A stretch of DNA of 63,932 bases, the filler included, from Ionaspis alba (Eukaryota): the NCBI GenBank assembly GCA_964255285.1. It is 5 parts of 5 records of this genome, joined end to end, with 100 filler letters (N's around TTAATTAATTAA, not from the genome) between each part and the next. Parts side by side here need not be neighbours in the genome. Positions count along the whole stretch, not along the records: positions 26,898 to 40,176 come from CAXUUL010000468.1; positions 40,277 to 53,534 come from CAXUUL010000469.1; 3 more parts are not named here. One strand, given 5' to 3'. The notes under the pieces were generated by a model. It was not told the DNA's origin. It worked only from the letters and a program-made list of their open reading frames with translations, and did no database searches. The first letter of the stretch is position 1, and every line of letters starts with the position of its first letter. Shown here in pieces: positions 39,627 to 53,252 of the stretch. A program made the translations under genes and the position numbers.

Positions 39627-40176
39627 ATGTCCTTTTCATTGACTCCAGAGTCACAGGCTACACTTCGTCTCCTAGCAGCCGAACTAGCCAGACATGCTGC
39701 GGATACAGCGCTTGATCATTCTCCAGCTATAGCCAAAAGGACGATATCCCAAAGACGAAGACATCGAAACATACAGAGGACGGATGGAGCCCGAATCAAT
39801 TTGCAATGCTGATCTAAGATTGGGGGTAATCAACACTCCACCTCCAACAGCGCACGAAGTAGTAGACCAGATCAACGGGATAGACTTCAAAGATATCGAC
39901 GCAACTTATAAGCTGGCGGACTTCCTGAGTCAGAGAAACCTGCCAAGCTGGTTTGTGGGACAAAAGGATGGATATCAGATTATGCTGACACTGGAAACAA
40001 AGAAGCTGGAGCCGTTTGAAGCGGATAGTAGTGGCGAGAACTCCCAGGAATTCCCCAAGTCAATGCTTGGTATCTACTTGCAACGCACTACTCGTTGCCG
40101 CGGGCTTTCCAGGGAAGCCGGTGAGACATGCGTGGAATCGGGGACCTCTCGGTATCGAGAGGGTGGAACAGTTTCC
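39627..40176 (+). CDS. Possible 5' part of an unknown gene, truncated at the scaffold end
   Basis: Two overlapping ORFs (39627-39812 and 39784-40176). No recognisable domain; could be spliced or decayed. Confidence 0.25.
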
Positions 40177-40276
40177 NNNNNNNNNNNNNNNNNNNNNNNN
40201 NNNNNNNNNNNNNNNNNNNNTTAATTAATTAANNNNNNNNNNNNNNNNNNNNNNNNNNNNNNNNNNNNNNNNNNNN
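40177..40276. other. Artificial contig-joining spacer N44-TTAATTAATTAA-N44
   Basis: Linker at 40221-40232. Confidence 0.98.
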
Positions 40277-40889
40277 AAGATGCCACGTTACGAGATAGCT
40301 AGTCAATCACTGCAGGATGATTATGAGATAATAAAAAACAAAATAGAGGCTGCGAGTCCATGTTCTCCTAATTCCTTCGTCTAATAGTACAACGTATGAC
40401 GAAGTAAACATATCGATACCATTGACAGAGAAGACGTTAGGCCATTATAACAAGCATAATGCCAAGATATCGATCGGACTTCGGCGTGGACTAAGATCAC
40501 GATTCCCCGGCACGCCCGGATAAACCTGCCACTTACCGAATGAGGGTCGTTCGAGTGATCACTATGACGTTATAAGCCAAACAAATAGAGAATGCTATAT
40601 CAGGACTTTAGTAGTACTTTGCATTAGCCATTACACCACAATCTTCATTACGACAAGGTGAGCTTTCAATCTCTTTGTCTTCCCTCAATCATTCTCTATC
40701 CTAGGAAGCAAATATAGAACTCCAATGAAATCTATTACAACATTCCGCAACGCTCGGCCTGCAACGCTCTCGACTATTCCTCGCACGGTACTAACATTTC
40801 AGTGTACCAGGATCAATTCATCTCTGCGAAACACCCAAAAGAGCTTCAGAACATCATTCAAGAGCTTCAGTTCCACATCAACCCCAAAG

Positions 40890-41813
40890 ATGTCGTTCAG
40901 CAATACCGACACCGGCGACAAGCCAGCCGACCCTTACACGGCGAAGAACAAGGACCAAGCCAGCCTCAAGGAATCCGTTGACGACCTGGTCGCTTTCATG
41001 GACAAGTGCAAATTCGCCATGATGACCACCATGACCCCCGATACCGGACTCATAGTATCGAGATGCATGGCTTTGGCCGCAAAGGTACGACAACATGATC
41101 CACAAGCCCTTTCCCCAGTGATAAGATGCTGACGAAAGAATCATACAGGAGGGCGGCGGCATCGACCCACTCTTCCACACCAATACCGAATCTGGCAAAA
41201 CCGACGACCTAACCAAAGACCCCAAGATCAATATCGCTTTCCTCGACTCCGCCGGCTCTTGGGCCTCTATTTCAGGCGAGGCCACCGTCACCACAGACCG
41301 TGAGAAGGTCCGCAAATACTACTCTCCGGCACTGAAAGCCTGGATTGGAGATCTTGGCGATGGAAAGCATGACGGTGGTCCGGAAGATCCTCGCATTGCT
41401 TGCATCCAGGTTAAAGCTAAGACGATCACCTATGCGGTTGCGAGCACGAATGCAATTGCNNNNNNNNNNNNNNNNNNNNNNNNNNNNNNNNNNNNNNNNN
41501 NNNNNNNNNNNNNNNNNNNNNNNNNNNNNNNNNNNNNNNNNNNNNNNNNNNNNNNNNNNTCCAGGTTAAAGCTAAGACGATCACCTATGCGGTTGCGAGC
41601 ACGAATGCAATTGCGCGGGGTATCGAGGTTGCGAAAGGTGTTGTGACTGGGGAGGCGCCGAGTGTCAATAAGTTGAGGGAATTGACGGAGGATGATTGCG
41701 AGCAATGTGAGTTCTCACCAGTTTCTCGGCTCTTCTAGTCGCCCTCGTACCGAGCATAAGGACATGATTGCTGATAACACTTGGGCGAGTCAGGGCGCAA
41801 AATCAGCACCTGA
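40890..41813 (+). CDS. bli-3: Blue-light-inducible protein Bli-3 (PNPOx-like split barrel); alternative in-frame upstream ATG at 40725
   Basis: MSFSNTDTGDKPADPYTAKN, KFAMMTT, VSRCMALAAK|EGGGIDPLFHTNTESGKTDDL, YSPALKAWIGDLGDGKHDGGPEDPRI. Confidence 0.92.
41460..41559. other. 100-N scaffold gap with 55-nt duplicated flanks
   Basis: 41405-41459 is identical to 41560-41614. Confidence 0.95.
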
Positions 41814-42156
41814 GAAGCAAGATATGAGATGACATGACAAGAGGCAGATCTTTCATCCAGATTGAAGGATGTGATAAGATAGGAGATTGCTTAGCATAGC
41901 ACACGGAGCAAAAAATGAAGAAACATATTGATGATACCATTGTCAACGAATTCCTTCATTCCGTGATGCAATCAAAGCCGAGAGCAATTCGGCTCGCTCA
42001 TATCCAACGTGCGAGCAGCCTTACGTAGACAAAACTCGTAGTATCAGGCTAAAGCGTGCCTGAGAAGGACTAAATCAGTCCTGCAATGACTCCAATCATG
42101 ATATCCAAATCTTCCTTTCCTGTTTCCAATACGCCCATGCAGCACAATCAATCCAA

Positions 42157-45100
42157 TCAATCCTCACCCACACAAACAATCCCCTCCAGCGCCTTCAACG
42201 CTCTGACTCCCTCCCCTTCAAATCTCCCAACCAACCTCTCGCACTCGTTCCTCAACTTCTCCTCACCATTCTTGGCATTGTGCATCACCCATTCCTGCAC
42301 CGTCATCTTCTTCTCCGGACTCGTCAGCATATCCATCATCTCGTCAAGTGACTCCTTCCCAGGCACAGGTTTCCCATTCTCCTTTTCAGCTTTCGGAGAT
42401 CCGAGGAATATGTTTTCAAGATCAACGCTCGTCCAAGGGCAGGTCGTCTGCAGTCTCGACGCTGCATTGCGCTTTGATGGCGATGTGGTAGGTGTACGTG
42501 CCGCGAGCGGCACGCGTGTGCTTTGTGCTCCTAATGGCGAGATGATAGATAGCGGTGGTCGTTGCCTGGCAGGGCGAGTCGACGGCGGATGATTTTCGGC
42601 ATCGGAAGACTGTGGGGATGGAGTCGGGGAGAGAACGCCATCCTTCGAAGTGGGCCTTTGCGGCGTTGATGTTGGCGACACTGTCTTCGGTATAGGTGAT
42701 ACTGCCTCTTGACAAGGCGATGGGACTTTGGCAATTTGTTCGTCAACGAAAGACGAGTTCGCGAACTCGGAGTGTTCTTGCGAAGTGACTGGCGTTGGCA
42801 AAACTGCCTTGGCCTTCGGTCTTCCCCTAGTAGCTTTGGGTTTGGCGGGTTCTGTCCCCTTCGCAGAAGATTCGGACGGCTCAAGACACTCATCTAAATC
42901 CATTCTGGACCCGTCTCCAAGGGGCTCTGGAGGTGTTACCGAGGTTTGTCGAGTGTCTTGTGCACCGACGGAGTTGGGGTCCTCAACGTTTGACTCGATC
43001 TCTGGTGTAGGTGTTGTCGCAGAATTGTTGTCAACTTGGATCTTCGAGGTTCCTTTCTTCAATCCCTTCCCTTTCTTTGATACTGGCCCCGGTTTCTTGC
43101 CTCTTCGCTTTGCTGCATCGTCCTTGAGGGTGCTGGCGTCGGTCTCGTGACCTGAATCATCCTCAGCGCTTCTGTGAGCATTCACCAAATCTTCTGATTT
43201 CGTACTAAGCTCGACAACCACCTGTTCAGGTGAATCGACTGGTGTCCGCTGTCTCGGCTCCGGGACCTGTCGAGAGACTTGGCGGCTTCGTGGAGCTTTC
43301 GAATCTGGACGAGCTGCGATTCGCTTCTTGGCGGGCACAGCAGTAGGAGTGGGCATTGATGGTTCTGCCACTTCTGAAATCGGATGCACCTCAGCGAACG
43401 CCTCCTCATGATCGAGGATTGTTGCATCAAGGGTCTCTGCGTCTCGATCCTCAAGCATGGCGTTTGGTGGAGAGGTTTTCCGTGTCTTCACCCCTTTCTT
43501 ACCCTTCTTAGTCTTTGGAGGTAACCGGGGATCGCAGTCAGGCAGCTCATTAGTAATTTGCATAGCCTCAGTATCAGTTGTAGCATCGACTTGGTCGTTC
43601 TCCGGTTGGTCAATCTCAACATGTTCCTCATTATCAACGTCGCTCACGACTTCAGTCCGAACTGAGGCCACAGACGCTTTAGCCTTCTTCTGGGCTGGCT
43701 TTGTCCGAGTCAAGCGACTGGTCGACGGTTTTGAGGTTTGGATCTCTTCTAGCTGAACGTTGTCCTCCTCGTCGGTCAAGGGGCGCTCCAAATCAACCTT
43801 CAAAGCTGCATCAATGTCATCGTCCGTGGCAATGGTACTCCTAAGAGACGCCTTCGAGGCCATAGACATTGCTGATGCCTTCCTGGTCGTAGATGAAGCT
43901 CGTTTTCCCCCCCTTTTCTTTGATATGGGTAGAGGTGGTGGAGGCATCTCTTCGGCATCAGTCATGTGAGTATCATCCACAGGATCCTCGACCGAGTCAA
44001 CTTCTGGTTCTGGGATGGGTTGTGGTTTGACGGTGCTGCTTCTCGTTCTCGTTGCCCGACGTTTTGCGGGGGGTATGACGACCTGGACTGTGGTCGCATT
44101 GCCGTCCTCCATCTCATCACTAGTCCTCTTCTTGCCCCTAGTAGTCTTCACGGGTGTCACCTCAATCTTAACCTCGAAATCATCGTCCTCTGGCTCGATA
44201 ACGCTTTCGGTCTCAGGCAGCTTGTGTGCTTTAGTCTTGACTGACTTGCTCGCTGCTTTGCCTTTCCCGGCTCTTGCCTTAGTGCCTTTCTTACCAGTCT
44301 TCAGTGCCGTGGAAGTACTGGTCATATTTGTGGCCGTCGTCATAACACTATCGTCTTCGGTCGCTCCCAAGTCTGCAATCGAGTGATCCTCTGAAAGAGT
44401 CGTGACAACAGACTGCATTGACATACGAGACGGTTTCGATGGTCGGCCCTTCTTGCCTCGAGTGGTTTTTGACTTCATAGATTGTCCTAGAGTGAAGAAT
44501 AGACAATCTGGCGAGCGCCTCTGGTGCTCCTCCCTTCATAAGTTAGCACGGGTCATTAGTGGCAGGAGCAATGTAGACCCACAAAGGCTTGTCTTTCGGT
44601 TCCCAACCATCCAGACTAAGTTGACAGTACGGACATTTGACAAAATCGTCACTTTCGGTCGTGGGACAGTAGTACCATCCCGCATCAACCATCTTTTCAA
44701 TCGAATCAGCAAGTCGCAGGGCTTCGTCAAAACAATGTCCAGGTACCTTTTGTGTTTTACAGGTCCAGCCCCTCTTGCCTTCGTGAGGCCACATACCAGC
44801 AAATGTCGACTTGCGTGCCTCGACCATCTTCACAGACATAGGATCTTCTTCCTCCAAGCTTCCATCCTCCAGAGCTTGCTCGAGACCAATATTCACGGCC
44901 CAACCACAATCCGGAGAATAATTCAAGTGCTCCTGAATTGGGTTGTCTTTGGGCTCCCATCCATCCAAGCCTTTCTGACACAGGAAGCAGGTGGCATTGT
45001 CGGGCNNNNNNNNNNNNNNNNNNNNNNNNNNNNNNNNNNNNNNNNNNNNNNNNNNNNNNNNNNNNNNNNNNNNNNNNNNNNNNNNNNNNNNNNNNNNNNN

Positions 45101-45373
45101 NNNNNGGGCTCCCATCCATCCAAGCCTTTCTGACACAGGAAGCAGGTGGCATTGTCGGGCGAAGCTGCTGTTGGGGTAAAATAGAAACCAGCTTTTGAAA
45201 GCTATGATGGTCAGCACGAGCCGGTATACCCGCAGTGTAATTATTACCTGCGCAGCTGAAGGCGTAACATGTGGCCATCTTATGGGTTTTGCGCCTTTCG
45301 CATGAGAAGTTCTCTTCTTAGTGGTCGGATGCACCGCCTCGAAAGAAGCAAGACGCGCAGAATGAGTCTCCAT
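42157..45373 (-). CDS. BIR1: Survivin/Bir1 chromosomal passenger protein (two BIR domains)
   Basis: BIR1: ARLASF..WPH..DNATCFLCQKGLDGWEPKDNPIQEHLNYSPDC. BIR2: ARKSTF..WPH..DFVKCPYCQLSLDGWEPKD..EHQRRSPDC. Long disordered linker, then C-terminal LTSPEKKMTVQEWV..ALKALEGI. Confidence 0.95.
45006..45105. other. 100-N scaffold gap with 55-nt duplicated flanks
   Basis: 44951-45005 is identical to 45106-45160. Confidence 0.95.
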
Positions 45374-45796
45374 CCTCGGGGAAATCACGCTTTGTTTCGA
45401 GGGCGATATAATATTATGTACAGTAGCAAAGACCTTAGCAATTGATAGCATAAGGAAATTCGAAGCAATCAGCAAGGCGCGGTCGCCATCATAGTCATGT
45501 ATTCGGTGTGTGTAAAGGGATACGGATGTTTGTTTTGATCGTGGTTTCCCCGAACAAGCGAAAGTCGATGTCCCGCGAATTGGTTCCTGGCGGGAGCCGC
45601 TAGCGCGCTCCGCTATTGGTCCCCGAACGTCAACCGGCTAGTCAACAGTTCCGCCGGGAAATTTTAGAATGATCCAACGAAGATGACCTGCTTGTCAGCG
45701 CCCTCCTCATAGCAGCGAAGCATTAATGGCGTGCAGTGATACTCGTTATCACCTGCGCGACATTACTTCGCTCCGATAGCAGTGTCTCCCTTCAAT

Positions 45797-47477
45797 ATGC
45801 AACGAACTCTGATATACGTGAGGTCCTCCGGCATCCGTCGCTCCTCCTGCTCTACATGCAACCGCAGCTGACACCATTGTCATTCAACAGACTTCTCGAA
45901 ATGTCTATCTAAGGCCACAATCTACTCATGTTTCACTGCTTTATGGGAGCTGCTGGCAGCAATTCTCGGCTCCATCCCAGCCATTTCGAAGGTCTCTAGC
46001 TACAGTCAATTCCAGCAGCTCCTCCAAGCATGGCTCGAAGACCTCCACTTTCAGCTCCTCCGCATCGAAGTCCACAACTTCAACGTCACCATCTCCTTCT
46101 CAGTCTCCCAGTCAACCAAGCTTACCACCTCCCGATTGGGACGAGAATCCAAATTTGAGCATCTCTGCTTTCTCCGAGCTTCCGTCCGCCAACTTCGGGG
46201 TCAATCAGCACATGACCATCAATACCGAGTTCAAGGAAGCCTTACGACAGATTCTTTGGCAGTTCCGTGCTCCGATTCGATACGCCTTTGCCTACGGCTC
46301 TGGTGTGTTCCCACAAACTGCCGCATCGCCTTCCGTGCCATCCGCTAAGCTACACCCCAAACCGAATGCCGCAATATCCACGGTTCAAGGAGGAGAAGGA
46401 AAGATGATTGACTTCATATTCGGTGTTTCTTACACTCAGCATTGGCATTCGCTCAACTTACAGCAATACCGTAACCATTATTCTGCTGTCGGATCGCTCG
46501 GATCTTATGCTGTTTCCCGAATCCAGGATAGTTGGGGCGCCGGTGTATACTTCAATCCTTACGTCACAGTGAATGGGACATTGATCAAGTATGGCGTTGT
46601 GAATTTGGATACTTTATGTAAAGATCTATCTGAGTGGGACACCCTCTATCTTGCAGGTCGTCTTCAGAAACCCGTCAAAATCCTTCGCGATGACCCTCGC
46701 GTCCGTCTCGCCAACCAAGTCAATCTTTTGTCCGCCGTTCGTACCGCTCTACTGCTTCTTCCGGCCAACTTCACAGAACAAGAACTTTACGGCACCATTG
46801 CTGGCATTTCCTATCTGGGGGACCCCCGAATGTCTCTACCTACCGAAAATCCTCGGAAAGTCGCAAACATCGTCACCCACCAGCTGACCAACTTTCGTCG
46901 TCTGTACGCTCCCTTAATCGAGAACCTGCCCAATGTTTCGTTCACCGATCCTTGTTGCTCAAAGCCAGACTGGATGGACGATCCTAAAGCCAATGTCATT
47001 TTGTCCCAGGATATGGACCCCATGAAACGTGGAAACATGGTTCGGCGACTTCCGAAAGCTTTTCGCCAAAAACTTTACTTTGCCTACCAGTCAAAGTTTC
47101 AGATCCCGCAGCTGGAGTTCAATAAGATGTTGGAAGAGTCTAACGACGAAGATCCGACACGAGTGAAAAGACGACAAGGCGGTAGATTTGAGCAAAGAGT
47201 TGCAGGCGATGACCAGGAAAGCCTGATGAAGGAGGTCAGCGACGCGATCAAGAAGACTATCAGGTGGCCTAGTATGAATCAATCCGTCAAGGGTCTTGTG
47301 ACCTCTGGCGTGGTCAGAACATGGCGGTATCTCAGGGAGAAGGGAGAGAAATACAGGGAAGGGAAGCGAAAGTCCGAGGAGCAGGATAAGAAAGCGGCAA
47401 AGGAGGAGAGAAAGAAGAAACTGATGGAGGACGAGGCTAAAGGGGAGCCTGACAAAGAGAAGGAGAAGCAGTCGTGA
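45797..47477 (+). CDS. TAM41: Mitochondrial phosphatidate cytidylyltransferase Tam41/Mmp37
   Basis: Exon 1 MQRTLIY plus intron ~45818-45890 gives a presequence. YAFAYGSGVFPQ, MIDFIFGV, GVYFNPYV, LYLAGRLQKPV, ISYLGDPRM. Confidence 0.95.
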
Positions 47478-47791
47478 TGATCAGCATTTCTGCGGTGGTT
47501 GTTCGCAATAGAAAGGTTTGTTTCGTGTAAATATTGCAGCATTGGGTTATGAGCCGAAGGGACTATACGTCAGCGGCTACGGCTGAGAAGGCTTTTTGAG
47601 ATGTCCACATCATTTGGAAGCGATGCAGATTGCTGGCTCAATTGAGCACGCCAGAGTCCGACCATGGTCGGCATTCTATTGTTAGCTGCGTCTAGCAATT
47701 TCACATCGTTTGAAACATAACTTCGCATCATCACTACCTGACATATCACACGCAAGAAGGCGTCGAAACATCCCTGACCATCATCAGGATT

Positions 47792-50679
47792 CTAAAAATC
47801 CAAATCTAGCATGGCCTCATCGTCAATTTCTCCATCTCCAAACTCATCATTCCCACCATTTGTCCCATTCGTGCCCGCAGCACCATTCTGCAACTCCCTG
47901 ATCTTTTCCTCCTCTTGCTTCTCCTTATGCCGTTCCAGGTCCGCCAAACTCCACGTACTGATCCCTTCCTGGTCCCTACCTCCAAACGGCTGCGCCATAG
48001 TCCTCAAGAACTTCTTCGCTGCCGCAACGGCCATATCCGTGCTAAGACTTGTATCACTCTCGAGAAGAGCCTGACTGATCCATTTTGGAAGCTGATTCCT
48101 CTTCTTCTGGAACCGCCGGTCGGCGAGTACCATGATACCGTAGTCGTCCTTGCCGCGCAGTACACGCCCCAGACACTGGGCAGCATGTCGCATTGCGTCG
48201 AAGGAAAGGAAGTCATTCTCACGAATGCGGTAAGTTTCCCGGAGGAACTCGAGACGTGCTTTCAGGATGCGGGACTCGGTATACTGGAAAGGCACGCCAA
48301 TGCAAAGCACAGTTCGCCCATAATGGTGGTCAAAATCGATACCTTCAGAGACCTTACCACGTGCGACACAGAGTAGGATGGCGCCGCGACCATTACAGCA
48401 AGCTGTGCGATATGTTTCTAGCGCCAAAGAGGTTTCCTGAGCGTCGGGTGTTTCGACGAGGATGAGCTTGTACTTCCAAATCTCATCTAGGATTCCCATG
48501 CCTTGCCACATGCTGATGATGGACTCCATATAGAGATAAGAGGGGAAGAAGACAACGAGTCCATCAGGAGTGATCTTGCTAAATTCATGGAGCAAAGTTC
48601 CGTAGTTTCGGACAACACCTGGATCGTTGCGGATAGTGAAACCGGAGGATATAGCGGCTTGGTCAGAGCCGCGGGTGACAATCATTGGGAGGAAAGACCG
48701 CCGAGCTAGGGTCATGGAGTAGGATTCCTGGACAACGGTTGTGAAACCGAGCATTCGAGGATACATTTCTAGTGGCGAAATGGTTCCAGAAGTGATGATA
48801 ACAGATGAAAAGCGATCAAAGACCGGTTTAATGGCAATGGCGGCGTCGAGGCAGGTAAAATGTAAGATAGGGTTTGAAACTGCAGCATTGGCGGATTCGA
48901 AAGGTTCGAGAATTAGGAGAAAGCCTTTGTCGTAGGTTGCGACTAGAGTCGCAAAAGTAGCTATTTCTTGGAGAGGCTGGTAGTCTTCTATATTTGTGAG
49001 TTCGAGGGTTCGGACGAGAGAGGTTAGTCGTTCAGCACAAAATCTATACATTGTGAGTACGTAGTGGATACTCTGTGATTGCTGCTCACCTCAAAGGTTT
49101 CTTCTCGATGAAGGTGAGGTCTTTGAGATGCTGCAAGAAGGAGGGAGGTGTCTCTGAGATAACATTCTGAACTTTCATCCGATTCTACGGTTGGAGCCCA
49201 TCAGCGAAACGTCCGATTTAGAGTATTAGCCTGCGGAAGACTCACTTTCAGGTACTCCACGAACCGCTTCAAGAAAACCATGAAGTGTTCCGCTCTCCTA
49301 ATATTCCCTGGTACAGCTTCGGTCAACAGATCGTCAGGTAGTGCTATAAGACTGTCAGAGATTGTTTCCCAATACAGCGAGGAGGAAGAGTACCTGGATT
49401 GGCCATGAAGGCATCTTCTTGTCTCGCTTCATCCGCATCTCGCAGACCTTCAACGAGTTTGGCATACTCATTCTGGAGCTTCTCAGCATCGGAAGACTTC
49501 ATCTCTTCAATCTTCCTTTCCAGGTTATTGGCGCCTCTAGTGGCTTTTCGCAAGGAGTCTTCGGTGATGTCTATGCTCAACGACTCGATACAGACGTTGT
49601 CAATGTTATGTGCCTCGTCGAAGACCACAATACAATCCTTGGAGAGCTCTTTCGATACTCTCTCGGCAATCTTTGGGTCTAAGAGGTAGTGGTATGAGTA
49701 GATGATGACATTGCAGAATGGCATCTACCCAGATCAGCTCTCCTGCCGAGAGTGCACGTTAAGGGATGGTGAGTACCATTCGCCGGACGGAGAAATATGG
49801 ACATTGCTTGTGCTGCTCGCCGTACTTGAGCATACCATCTAAGGTAAACACACCCGACGGAACTAGGTTATGAGGCTCGAGGAGGTCAAGGTTCTAGCAC
49901 GGATCAGAGGCAGCTGCCACAGACAGGTAGGTTCTCAAACATCATGGTAGATACATAGATCCACGTCTTCTCCTCTCTCCTTTTTCTCTTTCACAAAACC
50001 TGCCGTCAAGCTTCTGCATCGCGCATCGACTACTGCTCCGCTCTTCTCACGCTTGACCGAAGGATGAAGACATAGATTCTTTCGACTTGTCAAGCCCAAG
50101 CCTCTGAAGTCTTCCTCGTAGCCAAGCTGATCAGATCGGTATTTCATCAGAGCTTTCAGTTCTGCTAGAGCCTTCTCGATCTCGGACATAGTACCTACCT
50201 TGCGTTAGATGTCTTCAGAGCTCAATAGAAGCGGCCATACGGGAACAGTAAATGAGTTTTCGGTGCTCAGGATAGTACTGTTGATAGGCGACAATCAGGG
50301 ATAACAGAGACACCGTCTTGCCCGTTCCCGAAGGCATCTCCAGGACACAATGTCCTCCGGCATCGAGGGTGCCTAAAGCCTAGGTCAGGACAAGATCCCC
50401 GGAAACCCTTGAGACTCTTACGTTTAAGATCGCACATGTATCTGCATCGTCATCGTCAGCAAGTGAAATGAGTAGAGATGACTCAATATGCCTTGAGGCG
50501 TACGCATATTGTTCTGTCCATTTGAACGTCTCGTAAGCGTTCACGCCCAAGTGCACATGTCTGTTGCTGACCTGGATATATCCTTGGGTATGGAAAGAGA
50601 ACCGGGAGATCCCTATTATAACCATCAGACTTTCATTACTTATCTTCTCGGCACTAGCCTACTCTATATTGAACTTCAT
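47792..50679 (-). CDS. RAD3: TFIIH 5'-3' DNA helicase XPD/Rad3/Rad15, multi-exon with micro-exons
   Basis: [21 protein letters not shown] (Fe-S region), [49 protein letters not shown]. Confidence 0.97.
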
Positions 50680-51447
50680 CTTGATCGGAACGACCTTCAA
50701 AGAAGGTGCTTGCTTTCATCAGAGAACATTACGGTATTGATATAAATCGTCAGCCCTATGCGGCGACTTTGCTATGACTCTTAGTTCCTGATCTTTGCAT
50801 CAGCCCAGTCGTCGTGCACCACGACCCTCAGTCCATGATGCTCATCTGGCAGGGAATGTCACTGATGTCGGCATATGCGGCTCGTCCAAATGATGCGATA
50901 GCTTTTCTTGCGATATGCGCGCCTCAGTGGCGATGCATCTGTCTTGCTTGCAGGAAAGTAAAGCCGACATCTTAGGTCGGCAGCAAGTTTGCGGCTGGGT
51001 TCTTCCTAGGGATTTACGCCTACGAACGAACCTGCCTATGAACTCCATGTCTGCTCCAAGGCCTTCGCTTCGTGCGAATCTCATCGGACTGTTCACTCCG
51101 ACCACAATCTCGTTTGTGATGCGACAGAAATGAACCATGGGACACATGAGCCCAACATCTTGAGCTCTGCAAAGCTAGCCATCTTCGTATCGAACAGTCT
51201 GCTGACAACGTGCGTATACCCCGCAGAGCAGGGAACGCATGGTGATCGATGATCATAATTTGACCTTATTGCTCCTTCCTGTATAGTCATCTCACTATAT
51301 GTACCTGGCAAACATCATGTACCGTCTTGTCCCAGTTTATTCTCTTCTCTGAACTCCATCTGTCTTGTTCAATTGTACCTGTCGAAAGGTAACCACTCTC
51401 AATTGGTATCTTATATACTGTACCTTCATAGCTCTTCTCTACGTACG

Positions 51448-52795
51448 ATGCTATATTCTGTTGTTACTTTTGTCTTCTCTGTGTTGGTCGGAGTCTCTGC
51501 CGACTCCTCGTCGCCATTCCAAAAGTACACTATCAGCGCACCTGGCATCAATGCAACATTCATCCCGTACGGTGCACGAGTCACAAATCTGTATGTGAAT
51601 GATAAGAACGGTCACCCACAAGATGTAGTTATTGGCTATGATGACCCCACGAAATATGTCACAGACGCGTCGTACACCGGACCAATCGTAGGGTGCGAGC
51701 GACTGAGTCCCTGATACCAAATACCAGTACTGAATCCGGGTAGGCGATACGCAAATAGGATTAAAAATGGGACCTTCTCAATCCGTGGTGTCTCTTCCCA
51801 CATATCGGAGAATGAGCACAACGGGGAGAATACTCTCCATGGTGGTAATATAGGATACGACAAGGTTAGAAGGTGAGGGAGTTCTCCAAAATGATTTGAC
51901 TGATGGTGTCAGCGCAATTGGACGGTAGTGTCTCACAGTGCCACGACTATCACATTTTCCTTACTTGATAAAGCTTTCGAAGGTTTCCCTGGTAATGTGG
52001 TAATAGAACTTCGATTTGAGTCATCTGCTTGCACAATACTGAAGTTCGTAATAGTTGACCTACGCTACCTACACGGTGTCTCCAAACCAGTGGACGTCAC
52101 GCTTCGTATCGATTCCGCTCGACGAGCCAACGCCGATAATGCTGGCCGGCCACGCTTATTGGAACCTTGGGGCATTCGTTGACTCCGATGGTTCGACAAA
52201 TCTCAAACACACTCTTCATATGCCCTATTCTGCCCGATACATTGAGGCTGACAATATTCTTGTCCCAACCGGGAACCTCAAGATTGTCAACAATACCGCC
52301 CTTGACTTTACGTCCCCGAAGCTGATCGGCAAAGATATCCTGAATGCTCATGCTTGTGGTTTCAATTGCACGGGCTATGACAATGCGTTCATCCTTGACC
52401 GACCTAGATATTCGGCACCCGAGGCTTCTGATCTCTCCGTATTGACATTGTCAAGTGCCTCGACTGGGATTCAACTGGACATTAAGACGAATCAACAGTG
52501 CTTACAGATCTATGCATGCAATAACATGAATGGGACTGTGCCAGTGAAGCAGAGCCAGCAGCATGGGCCGTCGACAACTTACCTTCAGAAGTACGGATGT
52601 GTAAGTGCCCAAGCATATCTTCATTGGCGGACAGATCGCTCATGGTGTTATCACTAGGTTGTCGTCGAAACACAGCAATGGATAGATGGTATCAACCATC
52701 CAGAATGGGGCCAAGATCAATATCAGATCTATACCGTAGATTCGGAGCCTGCAGTTGTATTTGCTCAGTATGACTTCAGCATAGTCAAGTCGTGA
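51448..52795 (+). CDS. Secreted aldose 1-epimerase (galactose mutarotase-like)
   Basis: Signal peptide MLYSVVTFVFSVLVGVSA. FIPYGARVTNL, GRYANRIKNGTF, LHGG, GFPG, HAYWNL, GYDNAF, VVETQQW. Confidence 0.92.
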
Positions 52796-53252
52796 TACAA
52801 CTCAAGGAAAAGTGATTTGAACGGCGTGTATAGTTGACACTGCGCTAAATTCATACTGCTCCATAGCTTCAAGTAACAGGAACGAGATGCCTCGGCTATG
52901 TGCCCTAGTCCGCGTCAAACTGACTCATCATTGCGTGCTCAATGTTTGCCGTTTCTCCGAACTTCAACTCCTCCTTGCCACCAATTAGAACGAGCAAATT
53001 GATCCCCGCCAGTGCTCGCGATTGTTCCAGATGACGTTGGATTAACAATGGTGCCTCGATTATCAATACTGCTAACCACAGATGCTAATTACCAAGCCGC
53101 ATAGACAGACTACTATATATTCTGTATGGCGCAAGTGATTTCCTATACGCATTGACTTTCTCATAGACATCTTTATCCAATCTACTACCTTAATATCCGT
53201 TAGGCCGATCTACGAGTCCATCTTCATTGAAGCCCACACCGAATCTCCAGCC

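Noticed and set aside
40466..40478. TCGATC/GATCGA White Collar-type light element upstream of bli-3
   Set aside because: It fits the gene's known light induction, but a single hexamer is too weak to call.
44951..45160. Apparent third BIR repeat in BIR1
   Set aside because: The nucleotide-identical 55-nt duplicate across the N gap collapses to a single BIR domain.
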